The notes beneath the pieces were generated by a model, which saw nothing but the letters and a program-made list of their open reading frames with translations, was not told the origin of the DNA and did not search any database. This document shows positions 20,894 through 29,971 of a stretch of 64,000 nucleotides of DNA, one piece after another; position 1 is the first letter of the stretch; the number at the start of each line of letters is the position of its first letter. The DNA is from an uncultured Acidimicrobiaceae bacterium (GTDB taxonomy: Bacteria > Actinomycetota > Acidimicrobiia > Spongiisociales > ZC4RG35). The position numbers and the translations under genes were made by a program. The stretch lies in contig CAZNDH010000006.1 in the NCBI GenBank assembly GCA_964571765.1, positions 25,387 through 89,386 on the forward strand. Direction: 5' to 3'.

Positions 20894-22386
20894 CGGCCCA
20901 TCCTCCCCGTTCCCGCACCGGAATTGGTGGACTTCCTTACTGCAGCCAGCGCCTCCCGGGCCACCCGGCGGTCATCGAACTCGATGAGCTCCCCGGCTAC
21001 TTCCTGGTGAGGCTCGTGGCCTCGTCCCAACACCAGGACCACGTCACCGGGCTCGGCCCGCGACACTGCCAGGCTGATCGCCAGACGTCGGTCTACCTCG
21101 ACCAGGGACTTCGCCCCCGGTGTGAGCCCGGTGACCACCGCCTCCACAATCGCCTGGGGATCCTCGGATCGAGGGTTGTCGCTGGTGACCACCGCCAGGT
21201 CGGCGGCCGACACCGCCCGGCCCATGAGGGGTCGCTTTTCCCGGTCCCGATCGCCACCCGCTCCCACCAGGGCGATCACCCTCCCCTCGCTGATCTCCCG
21301 TGCGGTGGCTATGGCGTGGGCTATGCCGTCGGGGGTGTGGGCGTAGTCCACGATCACTTTGACCGGATCGTCACCGGACACCTTCTCGTATCTCCCCGGG
21401 ACCCCGGGCAGGTTCTCCACCCCACCGACCACCTGGTCGAACCCGATCCCCGCCGCAAGTGACGACACTGCAGCGATCATCGCGTTGTCCAGGTTGAAGC
21501 GGCCGGTGGCCGTGGTCGAGGTGTCCGACTCCCCCCACGGTGTCACCAGCCGGAAACGGGTACCGAAGGGGGTGGGCACGACGACCTCGGCTCTGGCATC
21601 ACCCTCGACTCCCACCGTGACCAGGGGACGGCCCCCGAAGCCTCGAGCGATCCGCTCCCCTGCGGGATCATCTACGTTGACCACCGCCGTGCCCACTTCG
21701 TACTCCTCGAAGAGAGACCGCTTCGCCGCCAGATAGTGATCCATGTCGCCGTGGAAGTCGAGGTGGTCCTGGGTGAGGTTGGTGAAGGCAGCGACCTCGA
21801 ACCGGGTCCCTCTCACCCGGTCCAAGGTCAGGGCGTGCGAGGAGACCTCCGCGGCCACGATCCGGCATCCGGCATGACGCATCCGGGAGAGGAGCCGTTG
21901 GAAGTCGGGGGCCTCGGGTGTGGTCCGCGCCGAGCCCGAGGGCTCTCCGGCGATCCTGACCCCGATGGTTCCGATGAGGCCGGCAGGGATGCCCGCCGAA
22001 GCGGCAATTGCCTCTACGTAATGGGTGACTGTGGTTTTTCCGTTGGTCCCCGTCACCCCGACCACCGAGAGGTCACGGGACGGATCGCCGTGAACCGCTG
22101 CAGCCAGAGCCCCCATCGCTTGGCGGGTGTCGGCCACGACGATCTGGGCCACCTCCACCGGCATCTCGCGATCGACGCAGATCGCGGCTGCTCCCGATGC
22201 CACCGCTTCGGCGACGAAGTCATGGCCGTCCCGGCTGTGACCGGCCACGGCGACGAACAGCCATCCAGGGCCAACCTGCCGCGAGTCGTGGGTGACCTCC
22301 TCCACGGCAGCGGTCGTGACAGCTCCACCGGGGACCAGGTGCCCCCCAACCAACGCCGCCAACTCCCCGACCGACCTACCCACCAT
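20890..22386 (-). CDS. murE: UDP-N-acetylmuramoyl-L-alanyl-D-glutamate--2,6-diaminopimelate ligase
   Basis: GTNGKTT P-loop, DYAHTPD and the MurE-specific DNPR motif (TSDNPRSEDP). Confidence 0.88.
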   Translation of the reverse strand: MVGRSVGELAALVGGHLVPGGAVTTAAVEEVTHDSRQVGPGWLFVAVAGHSRDGHDFVAEAVASGAAAICVDREMPVEVAQIVVADTRQAMGALAAAVHGDPSRDLSVVGVTGTNGKTTVTHYVEAIAASAGIPAGLIGTIGVRIAGEPSGSARTTPEAPDFQRLLSRMRHAGCRIVAAEVSSHALTLDRVRGTRFEVAAFTNLTQDHLDFHGDMDHYLAAKRSLFEEYEVGTAVVNVDDPAGERIARGFGGRPLVTVGVEGDARAEVVVPTPFGTRFRLVTPWGESDTSTTATGRFNLDNAMIAAVSSLAAGIGFDQVVGGVENLPGVPGRYEKVSGDDPVKVIVDYAHTPDGIAHAIATAREISEGRVIALVGAGGDRDREKRPLMGRAVSAADLAVVTSDNPRSEDPQAIVEAVVTGLTPGAKSLVEVDRRLAISLAVSRAEPGDVVLVLGRGHEPHQEVAGELIEFDDRRVAREALAAVRKSTNSGAGTGRMGR

Positions 22387-24184
22387 GGTCGGGGGTCACC
22401 GCGAGACGATGTAGCGCCTGTTCCATCACCTGGGCGAAGACCGGAGCGGCGGCCAGACCGCCTGTGCGGTACTCGTGTTTGGGACCGTCGACCACAACCG
22501 CCACCACGACTTTGGGGTCGCTTATCGGGGCCATCCCCACGAACGAGGCCCGGGTCTCCTCGGTGTAACGGCCATCATGGCCCAGTTTGTTGGCGGTGCC
22601 GGTCTTCCCTCCCACCCGGTAGTTCTCCACGGTCCCCTGGATTCCGGTGCCCTCGTCGACGGCCCGGGCGAGTAGCTCACGCATCAGCCGGGCGGTGGTC
22701 GCCGAGACCACCTGGCGGGTCTCCACGCCGGCAACCTGAGTGGTCCCGTTGACGTCCGACCGGGAAGCGACGATGTGCGGGGTGGTCCACACCCCGTCGT
22801 TGCCGATGGCGGCGTAGGCGGCTGCCATCTGGAGGGGGGTGGCCGCCACCGAGTACCCGATGGCTGCCGAAGCCCAGCAGATGTCACAGCCAGCCTCGAA
22901 GTTGAGGATTCCCGGCGCCTCCACCGTGTAGTCGATCCCGGTCTTCGATCCCAGACCGAACCTCTCGATGTATTGGACCAGACGGCGCTGGCCGAGCATC
23001 TCGGCGATCTTGATCGTCCCGATGTTGGAAGACTCGGCAAAGATCTGGGCAACGCTCATGTCGGTGGTCTCATGCCGGGTGAAATCGCGATAGCACCCGT
23101 AGAGCTCGTCGTCGGCGAAACGACAGGCGCCCTCCTTCAGTTCCAGTTCGTCGGAGACGCCGGGGACGATCGACCCAATGCTCACCTCACCCTCCTCGAG
23201 GGCAGCGGCGACGGTGATCAGCTTCTGGGTCGAGCCGGGCTCGAAGATCCCCCGGACCACGAAGTTGGAGAACATCCGGCACTGCGCCGGCTCGTCGGCG
23301 GCCTCACAACTCGGGTCCAGGGTCTGGCGGGTCTGGGGGTCGAACACCGGAGCGCCGGTCATCGCCAGCACCGCCCCGGTCTCCACATGGAGGACGACCA
23401 CCCAACAGGCGTCGGCTCCGGTGCGGTCCTTCGCTTCGAGGCACGCCTTCTGGGCCTGAAACTGGAGCGGGAGGTCAATGGTGGTGTTGAGGTCGACTCC
23501 GGGCACCGCTGGAACTATGTCGGAGATGCCCTGAAGTATCGGGGTGCCGTCGAGCCCCCTCTCGAATACCGCCCGGCCGGGGACCCCGGTCAGCTCTTCG
23601 TCGTAGATGAGCTCCAGACCGTCCCTACCCACCCCGTCGATGTCGACGAACCCGGTGATGTGGCTGGCGACCACGCCAGCGGGATAGACCCGCGTCGGCT
23701 CGTCGTGGGCGTAGATTCCGGTGACCTGCATGTCGAGGATCTGATTGGCGACCTCAGGCTCGAGCTGTCTCTTGATGTATACGAAGTCGCGCCCGCTGGT
23801 CAGCCGCTCGTGTAAGGCTGCACTGTCCACCCCGAGCAATCCACCTATCTGCTGCGCCACCCACAGCGGCTCCTCGACCTGTCCCGGCACCGCAAAGAGG
23901 CTCTTGGAGTCGACGGTCAGGGCGAGTAGCTCGCCGTTGCGATCGAAGATCTTCCCACGTTGAGGAGCGATCTCCCGCGAGACCAGGCGTTGGCTCAGTC
24001 CGGCGACGGCAAGCTCGGGAGCATCGACCACCTGGATGTGCACCAGCCGGTAGGCCATACCCCCCCAGGCGAGGATCACCGCCAGGCCGATGATCGCCAG
24101 CCTGATCCTGGCTGGTTCGGCTCCGACCTCAGCCGGCATGACCCCGACACCTCCGGCTGATCTCCCGGAGGGGCGGAGCCCCAT
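22376..24184 (-). CDS. ftsI: penicillin-binding protein, septal transpeptidase FtsI
   Basis: N-terminal TM segment, PBP dimerisation domain and transpeptidase domain with SxxK/SxN/KTG-type motifs. Confidence 0.85.
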   Translation of the reverse strand: MGLRPSGRSAGGVGVMPAEVGAEPARIRLAIIGLAVILAWGGMAYRLVHIQVVDAPELAVAGLSQRLVSREIAPQRGKIFDRNGELLALTVDSKSLFAVPGQVEEPLWVAQQIGGLLGVDSAALHERLTSGRDFVYIKRQLEPEVANQILDMQVTGIYAHDEPTRVYPAGVVASHITGFVDIDGVGRDGLELIYDEELTGVPGRAVFERGLDGTPILQGISDIVPAVPGVDLNTTIDLPLQFQAQKACLEAKDRTGADACWVVVLHVETGAVLAMTGAPVFDPQTRQTLDPSCEAADEPAQCRMFSNFVVRGIFEPGSTQKLITVAAALEEGEVSIGSIVPGVSDELELKEGACRFADDELYGCYRDFTRHETTDMSVAQIFAESSNIGTIKIAEMLGQRRLVQYIERFGLGSKTGIDYTVEAPGILNFEAGCDICWASAAIGYSVAATPLQMAAAYAAIGNDGVWTTPHIVASRSDVNGTTQVAGVETRQVVSATTARLMRELLARAVDEGTGIQGTVENYRVGGKTGTANKLGHDGRYTEETRASFVGMAPISDPKVVVAVVVDGPKHEYRTGGLAAAPVFAQVMEQALHRLAVTPDHGG

Positions 24185-24217
24185 TCACCTTCCCGGTACC
24201 AGCGCTCGACCCGGCCG

Positions 24218-24604
24218 TCATTGGTTGGCTTCGTCCTTCTCCGCTCCAGCGAACACCGGGAGCTTCCCATCGAGATCGACCAGGAGCTGTCGGGTGGTCT
24301 GGGGAATCACCAGTCCCATCTCCTCGGCAAGGGGAGCGATCCGCGCCGGGTTCTCCAGGCGGGCGATCTCCAACCGCAACTCGAGGTTGACCGCCTCCTC
24401 CCGGGCCAGGGCACGGTTCAGCTCGGCCAGGTCGAAGGCTGCCCGGTCCAGACTCGTCTGCGCCAGGCCCAGACCGAGGAACCCGACGATGGCGATCAAG
24501 GCGACGATCATCCAGGGAGCCAGTGCCGGCCGTCGGGTTGCCCGGCCCCGGAGGACCCTTAGGTTCTCCTCGGTCCGCCGACGTGGTTGGGTGAGAGCGG
24601 TCAT
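24218..24604 (-). CDS. ftsL: cell division protein FtsL (septum formation initiator family)
   Basis: 128 aa bitopic protein (one TM segment followed by a coiled coil), in the conserved position between rsmH and ftsI. Confidence 0.65.
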   Translation of the reverse strand: MTALTQPRRRTEENLRVLRGRATRRPALAPWMIVALIAIVGFLGLGLAQTSLDRAAFDLAELNRALAREEAVNLELRLEIARLENPARIAPLAEEMGLVIPQTTRQLLVDLDGKLPVFAGAEKDEANQ

Positions 24605-25527
24605 CCAGCCACCTTCTCCGCCGCCCTGAGGATGGCCGACCGGGCCCGCCGGTTGGTGGCGACCTCGTCCGACGATGCCCGTAACGGCTTACGGGTCAAT
24701 ATGCGAAGCTCGGCGGTCTGACCGCAGCCACACACCGGTAGTCCCGGAGGGCAGACACACCCACGAGCCCCTTCGGCGAAACGCGTCTTGACGATCCGAT
24801 CCTCGAGCGAGTGGTAGGAGATGGCTATGACCCGCCCCCCCGGGCTCACCAGTTCGATGGCCTGGTCGAGGCCCGACCGGATGGCATCAAGTTCGGCGTT
24901 CACCACGATCCGCAGCGCCTGAAAAGTGCGTCGGGCGGGATGACCCGCCCGACGCCGAGCCGCGGGCATCGCATCGGCGATGACGGTGGCCAACCTGGCG
25001 GTGGACTCGACAGGGCGAGCGGCGACGATGGCATCGGCGATGCGGCCTGCCATCGGCTCCTCGCCGAACTCTCGGATGACGTCGGCGAGATCGTTGCGCT
25101 CCCACCCGTTGACCACCTCGTCGGCGGTCACGCTGGCGTCAGGGCCCATGCGCATGTCGAGCGGGCCGTCGTGTTGATAGGAGAAGCCGCGATCCGGCTC
25201 GTCGAACTGATGCGACGACACCCCGAAGTCGAAGAGCACCGCGGCCGGAGGCCGGTCGAGCCGGGGTCCCACGAGGGTGGATAGTTCGGCGAAGTTGCCG
25301 AGGACGGTTTCGATCCTGAGGTCCGAGGCGTTGGCCAGGGCGTCAGGGTCGCGGTCGACCGCCACTACCCGCACCAGATCACCGCACTCGGCGATGATGC
25401 GCCGGGTGTGCCCTCCTCCGCCGAAAGTGGCGTCGACAACGGTGCCGGGGAGGGTGGGAGCGATCAATGCCACCACCTCGTCGACAAGGACCGGGAGGTG
25501 ATATCCGTGCTTCGGGCCATGGTCCAT
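24601..25527 (-). CDS. rsmH: 16S rRNA (cytosine1402-N4)-methyltransferase
   Basis: HLPVLVDEV and DATFGGGGH S-adenosylmethionine-binding motifs. The start is probably the internal ATG at 25527; the track extends to 25554. Confidence 0.85.
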   Translation of the reverse strand: MDHGPKHGYHLPVLVDEVVALIAPTLPGTVVDATFGGGGHTRRIIAECGDLVRVVAVDRDPDALANASDLRIETVLGNFAELSTLVGPRLDRPPAAVLFDFGVSSHQFDEPDRGFSYQHDGPLDMRMGPDASVTADEVVNGWERNDLADVIREFGEEPMAGRIADAIVAARPVESTARLATVIADAMPAARRRAGHPARRTFQALRIVVNAELDAIRSGLDQAIELVSPGGRVIAISYHSLEDRIVKTRFAEGARGCVCPPGLPVCGCGQTAELRILTRKPLRASSDEVATNRRARSAILRAAEKVAG

Positions 25528-25632
25528 GGCCAGCCCCCCGGGCGCTGGTACCAACTGAAAGCGGGCGGAGTCAGGGGCCTTCCAATTGGTTCCGGGGGGC
25601 TGGCGATGGGCCCAGCCCTGGTTGCTGACGGT

Positions 25633-26046
25633 TCAGTCCTCCTCGTCGACATAGCTCTCGTCACCGGTGGCTCGGTCCTCCAGGTAGCGCTCCTTGTCCC
25701 ACAGCTCGATGTGGTCGAACACCCCGAGGACCGCGATCTCGGTGCCAGGCGCGAGCCCGGCGAACTCCCGCAGATCCGGCTTGACAAGGACCCGGCCCGA
25801 CTTGTCCAGCTCCTGGCGGTCGGCTCCGGCGAACACCGTCCGGGAAAAGCGGCGTCCGCCCCGATCCTGGGGGCGGCCGATCACGTCGGCCGCCATCTGC
25901 TGGAACACGTCGACGGAGTGGATCATCAGTTGGCCGTCCCTGCCCTTGGCGACCACACATCCATCCTCGAGCTCGCGCCGAAACGACGAGGGCAGAACCA
26001 CCCGTCCCTTGTCGTCGAGACTGTGGAAGTACTCGCCGAGAAACAC
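25633..26046 (-). CDS. mraZ: transcriptional regulator MraZ
   Basis: Two DXXXR-type MraZ repeats (LDDKGRVVLP and LDKSGRVLVKPDL). A GTG start at 26046 gives the typical FLGEY N-terminus. Confidence 0.85.
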   Translation of the reverse strand: MFLGEYFHSLDDKGRVVLPSSFRRELEDGCVVAKGRDGQLMIHSVDVFQQMAADVIGRPQDRGGRRFSRTVFAGADRQELDKSGRVLVKPDLREFAGLAPGTEIAVLGVFDHIELWDKERYLEDRATGDESYVDEED

Positions 26047-26094
26047 ACCAGATCTCTTCCGTCCGTCCTCACTGCCAGACTCCCCGAGGAGAGT

Positions 26095-26145
26095 TCTGCC
26101 ACTATGACCCACTTCTCCCCACTTGTCAACCCTTTGTCCCACATT
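26095..26145 (-). promoter_or_regulatory. mra promoter with candidate MraZ operator
   Basis: On the minus strand: GTGGGACAAA GGGTTGACAA GTGGGGAGAA GTGGGTCATAGT. That is three GTGGG boxes at exact 10-bp phasing. They overlap a TTGACA -35 and, 17 nt on, a CATAGT -10-like hexamer about 50 nt upstream of mraZ. Confidence 0.5.
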
Positions 26146-26349
26146 GGCGGCATCGCTCGCCCCTCACCGGGTGAAGGCCCGAGCGGGATGTCGAGGGATA
26201 TCAGTAGACGAGTGGCGCCCGGCGCTGACTCTCGGTGGCCCCCCTGGGCTGGGACTGTCCCCCTGCGAAGCGGGGAAGCGGCTCGCAAACTCCTGCACGC
26301 ATGGCGGAGCACCAAGTACTCGGTACCAGACAGCGGTGGAACGCTGCGA

Positions 26350-26853
26350 CTACGCGGTTTCGGCGTAGAGGTAGGGGTGCCAGTCGGGGTCGACCTGGAA
26401 ACCGGTGGTGGCGTAGATCCAGGCGAAGCGCCGGGGTGGCGCCGGATTGGTGCGGAGGTGGAGACCGCTCTCCCCCGGGGTGCGGTCACCCTTGCGGACG
26501 TTGCATGGCCGGCAGCAGGCCACCACGTTCTCCCAACTGTGATCTCCACCACGCGACCTCGGGGTGACGTGATCGAGCGACTCGGCGGGGCCTCCGCAGT
26601 ATTGGCACTGGTGGCCGTCCCGGCCGAAGACCGCCCTCCGTGTGACCGGCACGGTGCGACGGTAGGGCACCCGGACGAAACGGTTTAGCTTCACCACCGA
26701 GGGGATTTGGACTGCAAGCGACTCCGAGGACCAGACCTCGTCCTTGGGGACGATCACCGAAGCCTTCTCGGCGAGCACCAATATCAGAGCCCGTCGCTCG
26801 CTGACGACTGATAGAGGCTCATAGCTGGCGTTCAATATCAGTGACCGTGCCAT
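26350..26853 (-). CDS. HNH endonuclease family protein
   Basis: HNH motif region HQCQYCGG...DHVTPRSRGGDHSWENVVACCRPCN. Confidence 0.75.
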   Translation of the reverse strand: MARSLILNASYEPLSVVSERRALILVLAEKASVIVPKDEVWSSESLAVQIPSVVKLNRFVRVPYRRTVPVTRRAVFGRDGHQCQYCGGPAESLDHVTPRSRGGDHSWENVVACCRPCNVRKGDRTPGESGLHLRTNPAPPRRFAWIYATTGFQVDPDWHPYLYAETA

Positions 26854-26921
26854 GTTGTTCTCGTCCTACCCGGTGGCAAGGGTAGTCGGCACCAACCTGC
26901 TGCTGGCGTGGGATACCCTGC

Positions 26922-27479
26922 TCAGTCCCCTGAATATGCAGGGGGGACCAGGCCGATCGCCCGACCCACCGCCACGGTGACCGCAGACTCCCAACCGGCT
27001 CCGACGTCAGCCGTGCCCACGCTGTCCGTCTCGCCGTCCGAGGCGGTGACTGCCAGTTGACCGCGATCGTCGAGCGCCACACCCACGATCTCCAAGGGAA
27101 TCTTCCCCACAACCCGAGACCATGCGTCGGCGACACCCTGGGCAATGGCGATCGGGTTGGCCGCCACCACCCGGAAGGAGCGGATGCTCTGCCCCTCGAC
27201 TTCCACTCGGGCACCCTTCTCCAGGGGTGTGATCCTGACCACCACCCCCAGCCGCGCCGGGAGTGACCCGGGTTCGGGAAATGCCTCCTCAACCGTCTCG
27301 GGTCTCGCCGAGCGCACCCCGTATGTGATCAGCACCGCCCGGAGCCTCTCCATTACTTCGACCTCATCGGCTCCCGGCTCCAGTCGGATGTTGATTCCCC
27401 CGCCGTCCTCACTGAGATCGACCGTGACCGAGGCGACCCCGGGAATGTCCTCCAGCCGATGGGCGAGAGTGGACATCAT
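26922..27479 (-). CDS. hypothetical protein (two-repeat architecture), translationally coupled to the upstream gene
   Basis: 186 aa counted from the ATG at 27479, which shares one nucleotide with the upstream gene's TGA (TGATG). The overlapping upstream frame has lower third-position GC, so the longer track ORF (to 27617) is rejected. Confidence 0.45.
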   Translation of the reverse strand: MMSTLAHRLEDIPGVASVTVDLSEDGGGINIRLEPGADEVEVMERLRAVLITYGVRSARPETVEEAFPEPGSLPARLGVVVRITPLEKGARVEVEGQSIRSFRVVAANPIAIAQGVADAWSRVVGKIPLEIVGVALDDRGQLAVTASDGETDSVGTADVGAGWESAVTVAVGRAIGLVPPAYSGD

Positions 27480-27772
27480 CACGAACCCGTCCCCCGTGCC
27501 ATTCGCCTCATCGACCGTCGCCATTCGAGGAACTCGGTGAGGTCCTCGATGGGGAAGGGGATCACCTCGCCATAAGCAGTGTGCGACCTCCACCGGATGT
27601 AGGCGCTCGAAGGCCACGGCCTCCCCCGGCGGCGTACCGCCGACAACATCCGCAACGCCTCGATCCAGAGAGGAGGACGGCGCACGACCGCGCCGAATAG
27701 GCTGCCCAACCCCGACCTATCACGCACCCTTCCCTCCCAGTGCCTCACCCTAGGCAACAGCCTAGCCTGCAC
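27479..27772 (-). CDS. hypothetical small Arg/Trp-rich protein
   Basis: 97-aa ORF. Third-position GC is about 78% in the part overlapping the alternative frame. No recognisable family. Confidence 0.4.
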   Translation of the reverse strand: MQARLLPRVRHWEGRVRDRSGLGSLFGAVVRRPPLWIEALRMLSAVRRRGRPWPSSAYIRWRSHTAYGEVIPFPIEDLTEFLEWRRSMRRMARGTGS

Positions 27773-27824
27773 AACTGAAAGCGATAGTTAGAGTCGATGG
27801 GAATTTCCCAAGGAGGACAACGGC

Positions 27825-28793
27825 TTGTCCGATCGAATCGAGCTCTTTGGTGAACAGTTCCACAGGATCGTCGCCAACGTGGAAACGGTCATCCAGGGCA
27901 AGCGCGACGTAGTCGAGCTGGTCCTCCTCGCCCTGGTGGCAGAGGGGCACGTGCTGGTGGAGGACGTTCCAGGCGTGGGCAAGACGCATCTGGCCAAGTC
28001 ATTGGCTCGCTCCATCGAAGGCGCCTTCAGCCGGGTGCAATTCACCCCGGACCTGCTCCCCTCCGACGTGACCGGCATTTCGGTGTGGGACCGGGACCGT
28101 CGGGAGTTCGAGTTCAAGGCAGGACCGATCTTCGCCAACATCGTCGTCGGGGATGAGATCAACCGGGCCAGCCCGAAGACACAGTCGGCCCTGCTCGAGG
28201 CGATGGAGGAACGGCAGGTGACATCCGATGGAATCACCCGGACAGTGCCCCTCCCTTTCATGGTCGTGGCCACCCAGAACCCGTTGGAGCACGAGGGGAC
28301 CTACCCGCTCCCCGAAGCCCAACTCGACCGTTTCATGATGCGGGTCGTCATCGGCTACCCGGAGAGGGCCAAGGAACTGGAGATGCTCGACACCCACGGG
28401 GTCCGGTCGACATTCCTCGACCTTGAGCCGGTGGCCACCCTCGACGAGGTTTCACAGCTGATCACCATCGCCCGGGAGATAACGGTCTCAGCAGCGGTGA
28501 AGAACTACATCGTCGACCTGGTGGAGGGGACACGCAATCACCCCGACGTCTGGCTGGGGGCGTCTCCCCGCTCGGCCCTGTTTCTCCAGAGACTGGCACG
28601 AGCCCGTGCCGCCGCCAAAGGCAGGGACTACGTGATGCCCGACGACATCAAGGAGCTCGCCCGCCCGGTGCTCGACCACCGCATCACCCTCCGGCCCGAG
28701 GCGCAGATGCGCGGGGAAACCGTTGGTGGACTGATCGAGGACCTCCTGGGCAGGATGCGGGTGCCGGGGACGGCGTCACGCATCGCCACCTGA
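27825..28793 (+). CDS. moxR: MoxR family AAA+ ATPase
   Basis: Walker A GVGKT, Walker B VVGDEINRA, MoxR-type architecture. TTG start with an AAGGAGGA Shine-Dalgarno 8 nt upstream. Confidence 0.9.
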   Translation: MSDRIELFGEQFHRIVANVETVIQGKRDVVELVLLALVAEGHVLVEDVPGVGKTHLAKSLARSIEGAFSRVQFTPDLLPSDVTGISVWDRDRREFEFKAGPIFANIVVGDEINRASPKTQSALLEAMEERQVTSDGITRTVPLPFMVVATQNPLEHEGTYPLPEAQLDRFMMRVVIGYPERAKELEMLDTHGVRSTFLDLEPVATLDEVSQLITIAREITVSAAVKNYIVDLVEGTRNHPDVWLGASPRSALFLQRLARARAAAKGRDYVMPDDIKELARPVLDHRITLRPEAQMRGETVGGLIEDLLGRMRVPGTASRIAT

Positions 28794-29971
28794 TGCCGAC
28801 TGCCAGGGGCTGGGCCCTACTCGGAGCCGGGACCGCCTTCTGCATCCTCTGGTACGTCTTCGGTGATCCCGAGCTACTTCTGATCGGGGGCTTTCTCCTC
28901 CTGGCCACGGCGGCGGCCATGGTCTACGTGCGCTACCACCGGCCCCGGGTGGTCATCACCAGGAGGCTCGGCTCTTCTGCGGTCCACGACGGTGAGACCA
29001 CCACGGTCACCCTCCGCATGGAGAACCGGTTGTCCCGACCGGTTAGGAACCTGCGTATCCAGGACGAGGTCGAGCAATTGGGCGTGGCCAACTTCGAGGT
29101 GGGCTCGATCGCCTCCGAGGAGAAGATCACCGCCTCCTACCGGGTCACCTGCCGACCCCGCGGCGTTTACCGGGTCGGCCCGGCCCGAGGATACGCCAAC
29201 GACCCCCTGGGGTTGGCCGAGCTCCCGGCTCCGGCGAGCATGGTCGATCGGATCGTGGTCTACCCGGCGGTGGAGAAGCTCAGCGGATTCCCTCTGGTCC
29301 GGGGAAAGGACCCGGCAATCGACGCCTCACGGCCGGAGCACAGCCAGCGTGGTGGCGAGGACTTCTACACCCTGCGCGAGTATCACAGGGGAGACGACCT
29401 CCGGCGTGTTCACTGGCCTTCGTCGGCCAAGACCGACGAGCTGATGATCCGCCAGCTGGAGACTCCATGGCAGACCCGGGCCTTGGTCCTGCTCGACGTC
29501 CGCCGCGCACCCTACGAGTCGAACGATGCATTCGAGACCGCGGTGTCCGGGGCAGCCAGCGTGATCACCCACCTGGTCGGTTCCGGATTCGATGCCGACC
29601 TCTGGGCCGGCGAGGCGAACACCATCGATGCCTCCCGGTACGCCGCGGTGATGGAGCGCCTCGCCCTGGTCTCCGCCGACCCTCTCATCGACATCGGATC
29701 GGTGGGTTCCCGGGTCCGACAGAGAGGCGGCGGTGGCGCCCTCGTCCTGGTGACCGGGGTGGCCGACAGGGAGTTGCTCTCTGTTCAGCGACTGCTCTCC
29801 GCCGACTACGGGAACACGGTGCTGATGAGTGTGTCGAGCAGCACCCCCCAGACCCTGATCGGGTTCCAACGGGCCGGAGCCTCAACGGTGATAGTCGACC
29901 CCGGTGAGAAGTGGGCCGGAGCCTGGCTCACCGCGATGAGGACCTCATGGGCAGGCGCCTCGGTCAGCTAG
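28793..29971 (+). CDS. DUF58 domain protein (MoxR-associated, von Willebrand factor A-like)
   Basis: DUF58 core (FYTLREYHRGDDLRRVHWPSSAKTDELMIRQ). Its ATG overlaps the moxR stop. Confidence 0.8.
   Translation: MPTARGWALLGAGTAFCILWYVFGDPELLLIGGFLLLATAAAMVYVRYHRPRVVITRRLGSSAVHDGETTTVTLRMENRLSRPVRNLRIQDEVEQLGVANFEVGSIASEEKITASYRVTCRPRGVYRVGPARGYANDPLGLAELPAPASMVDRIVVYPAVEKLSGFPLVRGKDPAIDASRPEHSQRGGEDFYTLREYHRGDDLRRVHWPSSAKTDELMIRQLETPWQTRALVLLDVRRAPYESNDAFETAVSGAASVITHLVGSGFDADLWAGEANTIDASRYAAVMERLALVSADPLIDIGSVGSRVRQRGGGGALVLVTGVADRELLSVQRLLSADYGNTVLMSVSSSTPQTLIGFQRAGASTVIVDPGEKWAGAWLTAMRTSWAGASVS

Noticed and set aside
16298-20918. Apparent giant fused ORFs (624 aa murG, 794 aa murD) and the 557-aa permease ORF at 46459-48132
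   Set aside because: Conserved N-termini begin at internal start codons that overlap the upstream gene's stop (ATGA/GTGA). The upstream extensions are Arg/Gly-rich nonsense in a frame that simply lacks stops.
26922-27617. Longer 231-aa version of the hypothetical gene overlapping the upstream 97-aa gene by 139 nt
   Set aside because: In the overlap the upstream gene's frame has higher third-position GC (about 78% versus 60%). An ATG exactly at the stop/start junction gives a coupled 186-aa product.
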